IMG/VR virus record: IMGVR_UViG_3300031994_000006
Span: 96,001 to 160,000 of that record
Source: a virus
Taxonomy: Duplodnaviria; Caudoviricetes
Reading direction: 5' to 3' (one strand)
Length of the DNA stretch: 64,000 bases
Shown: one piece after another, positions 7,714 through 18,593 of the stretch
Layout: every line of letters begins with the position of its first letter
How positions within the stretch are numbered: the stretch's first letter is position 1
The notes under the pieces: model-generated
Database searches by the model: none
What the model was told of the DNA's origin: nothing
What the model saw: only the letters and a program-made list of their open reading frames with translations
Program-made: the position numbers and the translations under genes

Positions 7714-10700
7714 ATGATAGAGAAATGGACCCGCAGGGACGCCTCGACGTTCGAGAAGCAGATCATAGGCGCGGCGACCGCCAACAACATCGTCGTCAAC
7801 AACCCCAGGATCGCGTCCGGGCCCGTCTCGCTCGACAGCGTGCTCGGCTCGTACAAGGAGAACATCGACCACCTGTACGGAATAGCCAAGTGGAACTCCC
7901 GCCACGGGGGCGGCGGAGGCGGCGGCACGGGCGGCGGCGAGACGGCCGAGACCAGGATCATGTTCACCGACTCGAACAACCTCGACATATCCGACTCCGC
8001 CAGGAGGACCGACGGATCCTCGTACTCATTCAACGTGACGATCGCCAACGCGGATCCCGACTACCAGTACCGCGTCACGGTCTACCGCCAGGACGATCCC
8101 TCGAAGGTCTACCGCACCGCGGTCCTGACCAGGGCGGTCCCGACCATCTCCATCACGGCCGACGACATCGTGTCCGGCAACAACGTCATCATCGCCTCGG
8201 CGCAGGTCATCAACGACGGCACCAGGCTGACGTCGCGCTCCCTCACGGTCCAGAGGGCCGGCGTGTCCGTATCGGCCGTGACCGTCAACTACACCTCGAG
8301 CTCCCTGGAGGACGGCTACACCGTCACCCCGGGCGCCGCGGTCTACAAGTCGAGGGACCAGATACCCTTCATCGTCAACATACTCATCAACCCGAGCATC
8401 TCCGGTAACCTGGACTACGAGATCGACCTGAGCTCGATACTCGGCCCGGCCCATGAGAACGCCAGGATAACCGTGACCGGCCTGAGGTCCACGGGACAGC
8501 AGATCACCGTGCCGCTCAACCTGTCGGACCAGCTCTACTCGAGGGTCATGGTCAACGGCAAGTCCTATGACGTCAAGGTGACCGCCAGGCTGCAGATCGA
8601 CGGAACGCTGGACTACATCTCGGCGCCCGTGTTCACGTTCAGGGTCTCCTGGGTGACCGCCGACGGCATCACGGTGCTCTACTCCAACCCCGAGTGGAAC
8701 GACCTCGAGACGGAGGCCTATTCGGACTCCTGGTTCGCCGACGGCAACAACATCAACATGAACGGCTATGTGTACGCGCAGCGCACGTACAGCTACATAT
8801 ACCCGATCTACTACGTCTACAGGCGCACGGCGGACGGCGGATGGGACCTCATCCAGAACACCGGCGTCATCAACTACGGCCCGGAGCATGACGACGGATG
8901 GACGTACGCCGGAGGCCAGATGACCAACCGCGACATCAACGCGTTCATCTCCGGTAACATCCAGCGCCGACAGAGGAACAACGGCGAGGGCGTCTCGTTC
9001 GACGTCAACCTGTCCTACAACTCGATGCAGGACGACTGGTTCATGCCGAAGGACGTGTTCGACCCGGGATACGGGCTCGAGGATCCGACTGACTTCGCGT
9101 CCATCCGCGTCGACGTCTACATATTCGCCGGCAACTCGGCCAACAGCATCACCACGATGCCGGCCGTCGACTCAGAGGGCAGGTTCATACCGAACATATC
9201 AGTCAAGGCCGCCGTCGAGTACGCGGCCGCCGCGGTCCCTGACTACGTCCACGGCCAGTGCTACAAGGACGTGATAGCCGGCAAGGCCGAGGGCATCATC
9301 CGCTCCGAGGAGCACCGCCGCTTCAACCTCGACCTGCTGTCGAACCTGACCGGCTCGTACACGCAGACAGAGTACCGCAATCCCCAGAGATTCGAGGCCA
9401 ATGGGCAGGATTATGAGTACGACCTCCCGTTCCGCTATGTCAGGTCCAACAACACTACGACCGGATTCGTCCGTGAGGATTCCAGGGGCGTCATGAAGTT
9501 CAGGGCGACCGGCGAGTTCTACGGCTACATGACCACCGACGACCTCGCCCCGTTCGTGCTTACCGCATCCGACGGCATATCGTCATGGACCAATCTGTTC
9601 GCAGGCGACGGTTCCGGCTTCACTATCGAGCTCATCTTCAACTCCGACTGGCACCCGAACAACAAGGGCACCGTGTTCTCCATGGGCACCTATAACGCCA
9701 ACGGGGAGCTCACGTCGGGTATCGAGGTCACGCTTGACAAGGTATCCGTCAAGCTCAGGCAGGACGATACCATCTCGCTCGAGGTCCCGCTCATCCAGAA
9801 CACGCTCACGCAGATCGACATCTGCGTCTCCAGGCGCCGTGTCACCATCGGCGGCCAGACCGAGGACTATATCATCGCGAACGTCTACAAGAACGGCATC
9901 AGCCACGCGCTCGGCGCCGCGGCCGTCCGCAGCCTGAACGACCTCATGCAGTTCAACGGCCTGTATTTCGGCGCGAAGAACGTGAACGGGACCATGACCA
10001 ACTTCACGGACGCCGACATGTACGGACTGAGGCTCTACGATCAGCCGCTGCTCGACTACGACGTGACCAGGAACTGGCTTATCACATACTCGTGCATGCA
10101 CAAGGTGAAGTCTGCTACCGGAAACTCATGGGAGTACGATCCGGACGTGGTCGCGTCGGTGCTCGAGAAGAACTACTTCAACGCCGACTGGGATACGCCC
10201 ATCTGGGACTTCGCGACCAAGAAGCCTGCATCCGGCGACGCCCTCCTCGAGGCCCTCACGACCGTCAAGCAGCGTCTGTCCGCCACCAGCAAGGAGTACT
10301 ACCGCGAGCTTCCCGTCCTGCTGATTACAACACAGGACCAGGGCGCCTATAACTACGTCAGCGCGATATACGACGAGAACGCCGCCGCGGTCAACAACGC
10401 ACGCAGCTACGACTCGCAGCCAGGCTCAGGCACAGGCCTCATCCCCGCGTCCATGCAGTACTGGGACGAGCTCGGAAACGACCCGATCAGCATCGCCTCG
10501 ATGTTCTTCAACGTACAGGGTACCTCCACACAGGGCTATCACTCCAAGAACTTCGAGATATACTTCGGCAGGTACCGTGAGACCGGCTCCGGCCATGCGT
10601 ACGATCCGGACCAGAACTACTCGGGCTCGCTCGGCACCGACCAGGCGTTCAATGACGGCGAGGTGCTCTTCACCCCGAAGTCGAAGAAGTGGCTCCCTGA

Positions 10701-13700
10701 GAACCGCTTCACGCTGAAGGCCGACGTCATGGACTCCGGCCATGCGAACAACGCCGCCATCGGACGCTGGATCAACGACACCGGCTACATGCCGAAGAAC
10801 CCGGCGCAGAACGACACCGCCAACAGATACCGCAGCAAGGTCAAGGGCACGCTTGAGGGATTCCCCGTCGCCGTGTTCGTGACATGGGGCGACACGACCG
10901 TGCCTTCGTTCCTCGGCATCTACTCGTTCAACCTCGGCCGTGGCTCGTACTTCAACCTCGGCTTCAAGCAGCTCGAGCGCTATGAGCTCGTCCATGACAA
11001 CGTGGGCGACTCCGCCGACTGGAAGGACGCGGCCGACTCCGACTACGAGGGACCGTCAATCGTCAACCGCTATGAGATGAAGGTGCCGAGCGACACCGTG
11101 TTCTCGTTCGAGTGCACGACCAACGATCCCGTCGAAGCCACGGGCCTCAACCAGGTCAGCGACGCCGTCATCCAGAACTCATGGGACGTCAAGTACAAGT
11201 CCGCCAACATGACGGACCAGAACGCCTTCGCCGTCCTGCGCGGATTCCATGAGTTCCTCGCGTTCGCGAACGACAACGTCGGTAACGACAGCAGGAACGA
11301 GCAGAAGTACTGGTACACCGTCAACCCGCAGACGAACGAGATCCTGACCGACAAGGTGTACCGTTCGGTATCTGATCCGTCCGTATGGTTCCGCAACAGC
11401 GTGACCGTCACGGAGCTCGACGCCGTCGACGGACAGCGCCGCTTCAGTCATATCATATCGGCCGCCGATATCGAGACGCTCAATACGCTCGTCGTGAAGG
11501 GACAGGGTTCGCTCGTCGACGACCTCTTCATCGATGACATGAAGTGGACCGAGGGACTGTTCCTCAACAGGAATGCCGGTCGCCTCGGCTGGAACGAGTT
11601 CATGAACTCGCGTCCCGACCACAGGCTCGGCTTCTATAACGCCGACGCGACCGACCTCTACTTCAACCTGAGCGAGAAGACGATTACACCGGCGACCTCC
11701 GCGGGCGAGGGAGGCTGGATGGACTTCGCGTCGTTCTCATGCTACTTCAACGTGGCGATGCTGTTCGGCATGGTCGACTCACTCGGCAAGAACTTCACGC
11801 TGAGGACCTGGAACGGCGTCAACGGCGTCGCGACGATGTTCCCTGCCTTCTATGATATGGATACCGCCCTCGGCCTTAACAACTACGGCGCCGAGAATAT
11901 CGATCCTATCGCGTTCGTCGACTACTGGATGAACGTGGAGCGCAACGGCAACACCCAGATCAGGGTGCTGACCGAGCACTACCCGACCCGTGTCAACGAG
12001 GGCAACGTCTATAACTGGTACGATCCGGACGACGGCGCACTGCTCCGCTCGTTCACCGACTCGGCCCTGCAGCCGCCTTCTCCCGAGCTCGTGCAGTATG
12101 ACCAGCCCCAGTCCCACCTGTGGCACCTCGTCAGGTTCCTGCCGTACATCGAGGGCAACGACTTCTTCTATAACAACAACGGCCTTATCTCCGTCTACGG
12201 AGAATGGGGACGTCTCCGCGGCACCAAGAGCGGCGGTGACTTCTCGTACTTCGGCTCCTATAAGGAGTTCATGGAAAACTACTACAAGGCGCAGAACGAG
12301 GCCGTCGGCGAGATGATCTTCAACCTCGACTACGCTGAGAAGTACCAGACGCCGGTCATCAGGAACAACAAGCAGTCGTTCGGAGACATGACGTTCTGTC
12401 ACGGTCCCCGTATCGAATTCGTCACCGAATGGCTCCGCAAGCGTATATCGTTCCTCGACTCGATCTACAACCTGAACGGCCTGTTCCAGATGGACGACGG
12501 CGTGACGATCGACTCGAGGTTCAATGAGCTGCACGGCACGAACATCGGCGGCACGACGAACCAGTACGATATATTCAACGCGACGTACTCCGGCAATGTG
12601 GCCGAGACCGGCGAGTCGCCCTATCTCGAGAACTTCAACGGCCGTACCGGTATCATCAAGCAGAACTCCAGGTACTACTTCGATATCACGGCCAACACGC
12701 CCTGTATCATGACAATGACGCTCGGTAACGTCGCCAACAGGTTCCTCCTGATGGACAACGTGCCCACGTCGGTCAACATAACGGCGGCGTCGTCAATCTC
12801 GATGACCGTGAACTTCAATGCCGTATCGGCGCTTTCGGAGTGGACCGGCCTGAAGGAAATAGGACTGCAGTCGTTCAACTCGGTCGTCAACGACTGGAAC
12901 CTCATCGGCCTCGACTTTTCAGGGCTCGAGTCCATCCAGTCCGACACGAACTTCAACATCTCGGCGATGAACGAGCTCAGGACGCTCGACCTGTCCAACT
13001 TCAAGCTCCAGGGCGGCGCCGCGGTATCCGGTATCAACTGCGCCGACATGGAGAAGCTCGAGGAGCTCAACATCAAGGGTTCCTCAATCCGTTCACTGAC
13101 GCTCCCCGCCGGCGGTAACCTGCGTACGCTCGACGTCGCCGGCACCGACCTGACGGAGCTCGTCCTCCAGGACAAGTACATGCTCACGGGCTCGAAGGAC
13201 GGATACCTCAACCTGGCGGGCTGCACGCAGCTCAGGACGCTCAGGGTCATCAACTGCCCGAATCTCCGAGGCATCAGCTTCGGCAACAACATCTCGCTGC
13301 AGACCATCGAGATTGAGGACTGCGACATGCTCGAGATGTTCAACTGGGACGGCGAGTCCTCGACAGCCGTCACCCTGGACAACAAGACCAACGCGTATCC
13401 GGATGTCATACAGTCCATCAGGATCACCGGCAGCTGCCCGAACCTGAAGTCCGTATCCGTCAGGAACGTCGCCAACCCCGACGCCGTCATCGACCTCAGC
13501 GGATGCACCGGCATGGACTCCCTGACCATTGAGATGTGCCAGGACCTCAAGGCCGCGCCGATACTGCCCGCCACCATATCCGTCGGTTCCGACAACAAGC
13601 CGACCGACTATCTCATCTATGACGCCGACTACCGCCGTAACAGGCCGTTCTCGCTGTTCCTGAGGAACGTGGCGTTCACCGCGTTCGCGTTCGGCCAGAC

Positions 13701-16700
13701 GGATCAGTCGTTCACTTCGTATACGGTTCCCGAAGGCGCGGTCGACGCGTCCTATCCGTACGTGTCCTATGTCCCCTATGCCGATGCGGACACGGTCGTC
13801 AAGCAGACGCAGCAGGATCTCATCATGAATCTCGCGGTGTTCAAGTCGCTCGGCACGGTCACGCTGACCAACCTGACAAACATCAAGTTCGTGGCACTCC
13901 CGATGACTGCGACCGCGCAGAGGATCAATGCACAGACCGGCGCCGGCATATCGATTACAGCCTGCCCGATGCTCCGCCGCATATTCGGTAATATGGCGTT
14001 CGCGGCCGGTACGTTCGGTATGACGAAGAACCTGACCTCGTTCAGGATCTGCGACTGGAACGGATTCGACTCGAGCTATGTCGCCGCCGGCGAATACGTC
14101 TCGATGCGCAACTCGCACAAGCAGGTCAAGGACGCGTTCGACTCCATCATGGTATCCGGCAGCTCGCTCGACGCCGGCGCGATCGTCGCCAAGATGCACG
14201 ACCAGGATCCCGCGGCCCCGATACTGCAGGATATCCGCCCGTGGACCAGGCTCGCCGTCGATACGGAGCTCGTCCGCGGATTCCAGGGCCAGCTGTCCCA
14301 GGCATTCAACAATACGTCCGTGTCGATGAACGACGTCTACTACATCATGGCGATCGTCAACATCTACAACAGGAACCTGATGCGTCAGGGCATGGAGACG
14401 CCCGGACTCATAACGAACCTGTCCGACATGTTCAACGGATGCCCGAACATCTTCACGGAGTACAGTCAGGACGCCGCGAGGGGCGACCGTTCACCGAGCC
14501 ACATGCTCTTCAAGTACCTGGCGTCCGTCAACTCCACGCCTACCGACGCGGATCACGGCGGCGGCTCGGGACTGCTGAACATCTTCAACGGAACCCTCAT
14601 GGGCGGCGTGCTTTACTCGCCTGACTGGAAGCATACCTATACGGATCCCGCCGAGTTCGGCGACCATATCGGCATACTGACGCCGTTCGCGCTGAACGGT
14701 GCGACAGTGTCGAGCCTCGGATGGGGCCTGTCCCTGATGGACGACCACTTCGCCGACACGCCGGAGGGCCTCGCCGCGTACTGGAACGCCTCCCAGAGCT
14801 TCAACGGCGTCTATAACCTCCAGGTCATCGACAACATCATGAACAACAAGGAGGCCGTCAAGTCCGCGATTGCGGGCGCGGTGGACGTCGCGTACGCCGA
14901 GGACGACAACGGCATCAGGGGATTCCGCTCAGACTGTCTGATGAAGAACTTCAAGAACGCGGAGACCGTCAGCAACTCGTTCAACGGCTCGATGATCGTC
15001 AACCCGATCAACCTGACCGTCAGCGACTCACAGGGATACTCCTATACCTATACGAGCATGCTCGAGGAGAACACCAGGCTGACCGAGGTCGTAAGCTCGT
15101 TCAACTTCTGCGTACCGAAGGAGAACGCGTTCATCGTCGACGTGTTCGGCGGCGCGCTCCCGCTTATCGAGAACCATCCGGACAAGTGGTCGAACAAGAT
15201 CACCACGATAGCCCAGTCGTTCGCGGTATCCGGCGAGAATGAGAAGATCACGAACGAGAAGGGTGAGGTGGTCCAGATCAACTACTCGCACTCGTTCTTC
15301 GTCATGACCGACGACATGTTCGCCAGGTTCGCCGACAAGATTAAATTCCTGCAGCCGAACCAGCCGGTCGTCACGACCGAGGGTCAGGGCGCCTCACAGG
15401 TGACCAAGGTCAACTATAACGCGAATATCACGGAGTCCACCGCATACGGATGGATGTTCGGCCTCAACGACAAGGATACCGCGAGCTCCATCATCAAGAC
15501 GTATGTGAGATTCAAGAACAGGACCGGACTGCCGACCGGCTCGTCCGTGTTCCCATACGGCGTGCTGAAGGGCTGCACCTCGCTCGAGGGCTGTCCCGGA
15601 CTGTTCGCCAACCTGGATCTCCGTCACTGGGTGGACAAGACATCGCTCGCCAACATAGGCACCCCGTTGACGACCGCCGAGCTCGAGGCCGGCACCCTGC
15701 TCACTGCGAGGGACGCCGTCGTCACGCTGCCCGACTGCTATTCATCGGCGCCGTATGCGCCGGTACGCAAGTACGGGGAGACGGAGTATGTCCACAAGGC
15801 GGACTTCAGCATGTTCGACGACTGCGTCTGGCTGACCAACATCACCAGCATGTTCCGTAACATCACCCCGCCTGACATCATCGGTTCGGCGTACAGCCTG
15901 GGAGACCAGTATGTGATGCCCGCCGCCATCAAGCTGACCGCGAGGTCGTTCGAGCCGTTCGCCAAGAGGCTTACGTCCGGCAGGTCGCAGGAGGAGATTA
16001 CGAAGGCCGTCTACGCGCAGTGCCTGTTCGCCGACAACCACTTCATTACCGGGCATATACCGTTCGGACTGATGTCGACCGGCAAGACGACGGAGCAGGT
16101 GTACGTACAGGGCTTCTCCGCCGCGGCCGCGAACAACGGCAGCATCGGCATCGGTTCCGGCGCGTCGGCGCTCGACTCTGCGCCGGCCGTCTATGTCCGT
16201 GACCCGTACGTGCTCGACAGGGACGCCTATGTCTGGGATGTCAAGCAGGACGATTTCAACACATATACGATTACGGATTCCGACACGGTGTCCAAGGTCG
16301 TCACTGTGAACGGCAGGAGGATCATGCCGATGGTCAAGTTCGATCCGACGAACGCGCTGCACCACAGGCTGCCCAAGTACTCGCTCAAGCACCTGAGCGA
16401 CTGGCAGAGGTCGGCGGCCGCGGGCACCGGACTTCCATCGGCGCAGACGCAGGCCGTCACGGTCACCGTCCCGTTCCGCGTCATCGCGTCCATGACCCGT
16501 ATCTTCAAGGGCTGCGACGCGAGGGGCTTCGCGTATATCCACGCGAGGTACAAGCAGGACGAGGCGGCCGATCCCGCGTTCGTATACGAGAACGCGCTCG
16601 GATTCGCCTTTAATGACGCGACGTACAGCGCCGAGAACAAGGCGAAGATCGCGGCCATCAAGAAGTACAAGGAGACCGAGTACGTCGCGGACGACTACAT

Positions 16701-18294
16701 GAAGCTGCCCGACGGCACATGGCTCAACGAGAACATGGTCGTCGAGAACGAGTCCTACAACCCGTTCGAGTTCGTGTCCAACCCGGACTACGACACGGCG
16801 GAGTTCAAGGAGACCGGCTTCACAATCGGCGGCTATCCCGTCTATGAGTACAACGGCTCGTATGACCCGAGGTTCACCGTATCCAACCCGAACAGACACG
16901 AGCTTGTATTCAACAAGTACGTATATGACGGCAAGGCGCTGACCGACGGCGATATTACCGCCATCGGCAACCAGTGGGCGGCCTATATCGGAGGCGACGC
17001 AGTTTCAATCGTGCCCGGCGAGTGGACCAACCCGCACGCGCTCAGCGAGGACTGGACGGTCAACCTCAACTGGGACAGCCCGTCAGCGGAGCCTGTCGGC
17101 ATATTCGCCGAGTCGAGCGCCGAGTATGAGACCCTCGGCGGCAACTCCGAGCATCAGCGCCAGTTCAACAAGCTCATATGGTGCGGACTGCACGACACGA
17201 CCAGGTATTTCGTACCGAGCGATATCTTCGCATACTGTCGTAAGAACACCAATGTCAACTACGCGTTCGCGGAGGGCGGCTGGCTCAAGCCGAGGATTAC
17301 CGACGCGGGCCTGCAGTCGACCGTCAGGGACATCTCCGAGGATCCCGTCGACAAGTCGCTCCGCAAGATAGGCTCCGGCGAGTTCTACTATGAGATCGAC
17401 ATCTGCGGCGACATGTTCTCAGGCTTTACCGGACGCGTCAGCCCGATGATGTTCGACAACCTCTCGGGACTCTCCACGGTCGAGGGCATATTCTACCAGA
17501 ATCCGCAGCTCAGCCCGTATACGTACCCGGTCAAGGTGGACGGTGTCATAGAGCAGGGCATGCTGTTCGATCCGGACACGTTCAATGGCATCGCGAACCT
17601 CCAGGACGCATACAGGCTCTGGTCGAACAACTCGGTACCGAGGAACGTCAAGGTCCATCAGTCTACGTTCAGGAAGACGACCAGGCTCCAGTTCATGGAC
17701 TATGCGTTCGCGGGCACGCTGTTCTTCGGCTACAAGGCGGACGACGACACCTACGGCGGACAGATACCTTACGGCATGCTGTCGAACCAGAGGGCCCTGC
17801 AGTCGGTCAACGCGATGTTCTCGGCGATATCCGGCGGCAACTACACCATCAGCCATGTGTCGAACGCGAAGATCTCCATACTGTCGAACTCCACGACGCT
17901 CGAGAACACCGGACTGTTCGGCGTCAGGTCGATACCGGAGAACCTGTTCAGCGGCTCTTACAACTCGCTGAGCTTCCTCCAGGCGCTCTTCTACTACGAC
18001 AAGAGCCTCAACCATATCCCGGAGTTCTGGAACATACCGGGATCGGAGGGAGGACACTGGCAGAACCCGACATCGGACACGGCCATCGCGAGCCTTAGTC
18101 AGCAGCTCTGGCAGACGTTCTACTACCTGGCAGGCGAGCGCACGGCACCGTCGGAGAACATCGACAACGTCCAGGCGCTTATCGTGAACTACGTTACCGG
18201 AATCGGCACGAACCCGACGGCGCATGCGGACGCGCTCGCGACTGACGAGTCCGACATCGTGAGATTCGGTGCATACAGAACCAGGAGGACCTGA
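7714..18294 (+). CDS. Giant 3526-aa probable virion/tail-associated protein: beta-rich N-terminus, LamG-like, CotH-kinase-like, LRR and BspA-like repeats
   Basis: LamG-like FTIELIF..VYKNG..LYFGA..YGLRLYDQPL; kinase-like FTLKADVMDS, FLGIYSFNLG, VDSLGKN, FYDMDTALG; LRR units LRTLDLS, LEELNIKGSSIRSLTLP; repeats such as ITNLSDMFNGC and LTNITSMFRN. Confidence 0.75.
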   Translation: MIEKWTRRDASTFEKQIIGAATANNIVVNNPRIASGPVSLDSVLGSYKENIDHLYGIAKWNSRHGGGGGGGTGGGETAETRIMFTDSNNLDISDSARRTDGSSYSFNVTIANADPDYQYRVTVYRQDDPSKVYRTAVLTRAVPTISITADDIVSGNNVIIASAQVINDGTRLTSRSLTVQRAGVSVSAVTVNYTSSSLEDGYTVTPGAAVYKSRDQIPFIVNILINPSISGNLDYEIDLSSILGPAHENARITVTGLRSTGQQITVPLNLSDQLYSRVMVNGKSYDVKVTARLQIDGTLDYISAPVFTFRVSWVTADGITVLYSNPEWNDLETEAYSDSWFADGNNINMNGYVYAQRTYSYIYPIYYVYRRTADGGWDLIQNTGVINYGPEHDDGWTYAGGQMTNRDINAFISGNIQRRQRNNGEGVSFDVNLSYNSMQDDWFMPKDVFDPGYGLEDPTDFASIRVDVYIFAGNSANSITTMPAVDSEGRFIPNISVKAAVEYAAAAVPDYVHGQCYKDVIAGKAEGIIRSEEHRRFNLDLLSNLTGSYTQTEYRNPQRFEANGQDYEYDLPFRYVRSNNTTTGFVREDSRGVMKFRATGEFYGYMTTDDLAPFVLTASDGISSWTNLFAGDGSGFTIELIFNSDWHPNNKGTVFSMGTYNANGELTSGIEVTLDKVSVKLRQDDTISLEVPLIQNTLTQIDICVSRRRVTIGGQTEDYIIANVYKNGISHALGAAAVRSLNDLMQFNGLYFGAKNVNGTMTNFTDADMYGLRLYDQPLLDYDVTRNWLITYSCMHKVKSATGNSWEYDPDVVASVLEKNYFNADWDTPIWDFATKKPASGDALLEALTTVKQRLSATSKEYYRELPVLLITTQDQGAYNYVSAIYDENAAAVNNARSYDSQPGSGTGLIPASMQYWDELGNDPISIASMFFNVQGTSTQGYHSKNFEIYFGRYRETGSGHAYDPDQNYSGSLGTDQAFNDGEVLFTPKSKKWLPENRFTLKADVMDSGHANNAAIGRWINDTGYMPKNPAQNDTANRYRSKVKGTLEGFPVAVFVTWGDTTVPSFLGIYSFNLGRGSYFNLGFKQLERYELVHDNVGDSADWKDAADSDYEGPSIVNRYEMKVPSDTVFSFECTTNDPVEATGLNQVSDAVIQNSWDVKYKSANMTDQNAFAVLRGFHEFLAFANDNVGNDSRNEQKYWYTVNPQTNEILTDKVYRSVSDPSVWFRNSVTVTELDAVDGQRRFSHIISAADIETLNTLVVKGQGSLVDDLFIDDMKWTEGLFLNRNAGRLGWNEFMNSRPDHRLGFYNADATDLYFNLSEKTITPATSAGEGGWMDFASFSCYFNVAMLFGMVDSLGKNFTLRTWNGVNGVATMFPAFYDMDTALGLNNYGAENIDPIAFVDYWMNVERNGNTQIRVLTEHYPTRVNEGNVYNWYDPDDGALLRSFTDSALQPPSPELVQYDQPQSHLWHLVRFLPYIEGNDFFYNNNGLISVYGEWGRLRGTKSGGDFSYFGSYKEFMENYYKAQNEAVGEMIFNLDYAEKYQTPVIRNNKQSFGDMTFCHGPRIEFVTEWLRKRISFLDSIYNLNGLFQMDDGVTIDSRFNELHGTNIGGTTNQYDIFNATYSGNVAETGESPYLENFNGRTGIIKQNSRYYFDITANTPCIMTMTLGNVANRFLLMDNVPTSVNITAASSISMTVNFNAVSALSEWTGLKEIGLQSFNSVVNDWNLIGLDFSGLESIQSDTNFNISAMNELRTLDLSNFKLQGGAAVSGINCADMEKLEELNIKGSSIRSLTLPAGGNLRTLDVAGTDLTELVLQDKYMLTGSKDGYLNLAGCTQLRTLRVINCPNLRGISFGNNISLQTIEIEDCDMLEMFNWDGESSTAVTLDNKTNAYPDVIQSIRITGSCPNLKSVSVRNVANPDAVIDLSGCTGMDSLTIEMCQDLKAAPILPATISVGSDNKPTDYLIYDADYRRNRPFSLFLRNVAFTAFAFGQTDQSFTSYTVPEGAVDASYPYVSYVPYADADTVVKQTQQDLIMNLAVFKSLGTVTLTNLTNIKFVALPMTATAQRINAQTGAGISITACPMLRRIFGNMAFAAGTFGMTKNLTSFRICDWNGFDSSYVAAGEYVSMRNSHKQVKDAFDSIMVSGSSLDAGAIVAKMHDQDPAAPILQDIRPWTRLAVDTELVRGFQGQLSQAFNNTSVSMNDVYYIMAIVNIYNRNLMRQGMETPGLITNLSDMFNGCPNIFTEYSQDAARGDRSPSHMLFKYLASVNSTPTDADHGGGSGLLNIFNGTLMGGVLYSPDWKHTYTDPAEFGDHIGILTPFALNGATVSSLGWGLSLMDDHFADTPEGLAAYWNASQSFNGVYNLQVIDNIMNNKEAVKSAIAGAVDVAYAEDDNGIRGFRSDCLMKNFKNAETVSNSFNGSMIVNPINLTVSDSQGYSYTYTSMLEENTRLTEVVSSFNFCVPKENAFIVDVFGGALPLIENHPDKWSNKITTIAQSFAVSGENEKITNEKGEVVQINYSHSFFVMTDDMFARFADKIKFLQPNQPVVTTEGQGASQVTKVNYNANITESTAYGWMFGLNDKDTASSIIKTYVRFKNRTGLPTGSSVFPYGVLKGCTSLEGCPGLFANLDLRHWVDKTSLANIGTPLTTAELEAGTLLTARDAVVTLPDCYSSAPYAPVRKYGETEYVHKADFSMFDDCVWLTNITSMFRNITPPDIIGSAYSLGDQYVMPAAIKLTARSFEPFAKRLTSGRSQEEITKAVYAQCLFADNHFITGHIPFGLMSTGKTTEQVYVQGFSAAAANNGSIGIGSGASALDSAPAVYVRDPYVLDRDAYVWDVKQDDFNTYTITDSDTVSKVVTVNGRRIMPMVKFDPTNALHHRLPKYSLKHLSDWQRSAAAGTGLPSAQTQAVTVTVPFRVIASMTRIFKGCDARGFAYIHARYKQDEAADPAFVYENALGFAFNDATYSAENKAKIAAIKKYKETEYVADDYMKLPDGTWLNENMVVENESYNPFEFVSNPDYDTAEFKETGFTIGGYPVYEYNGSYDPRFTVSNPNRHELVFNKYVYDGKALTDGDITAIGNQWAAYIGGDAVSIVPGEWTNPHALSEDWTVNLNWDSPSAEPVGIFAESSAEYETLGGNSEHQRQFNKLIWCGLHDTTRYFVPSDIFAYCRKNTNVNYAFAEGGWLKPRITDAGLQSTVRDISEDPVDKSLRKIGSGEFYYEIDICGDMFSGFTGRVSPMMFDNLSGLSTVEGIFYQNPQLSPYTYPVKVDGVIEQGMLFDPDTFNGIANLQDAYRLWSNNSVPRNVKVHQSTFRKTTRLQFMDYAFAGTLFFGYKADDDTYGGQIPYGMLSNQRALQSVNAMFSAISGGNYTISHVSNAKISILSNSTTLENTGLFGVRSIPENLFSGSYNSLSFLQALFYYDKSLNHIPEFWNIPGSEGGHWQNPTSDTAIASLSQQLWQTFYYLAGERTAPSENIDNVQALIVNYVTGIGTNPTAHADALATDESDIVRFGAYRTRRT

Positions 18295-18300
18295 TAACAG

Positions 18301-18328
18301 AAAGAACGCGCACAATGCGCGTTCTTTT
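18301..18328 (+). terminator. Intrinsic terminator after the giant gene
   Basis: AAAGAACGCGCA-CAA-TGCGCGTTCTTTT. Confidence 0.75.
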
Positions 18329-18422
18329 GTTTTTAAGCCCGTGTGCGCGTTTATGCGCATGAGGCTGCAAGTTATAAGCAAAGGGACGTACGGACGCGAT
18401 ACGGGCCTGATAAATAGCCCGG

Positions 18423-18451
18423 ATGACCTATCTGCGGTCTCCGCGTTTAAT
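18423..18451 (+). promoter_or_regulatory. ECF-like bipartite promoter ATGACC-N15-CGTTTAAT
   Basis: One of seven matching intergenic sites; late-type GATAAATA also at 18409-18416. Confidence 0.6.
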
Positions 18452-18593
18452 ATACAGGAAAAATAACAGCTCTGGACATGGATGACAATCCCGGTAATAG
18501 TAGCCAATTATCAGCTTATCATCACGCTGGCGGGCATCGCGGGGATACTGTCGTTCACGATGGGGCTGCTGATGTATAGCTTAGACAGTTTAG

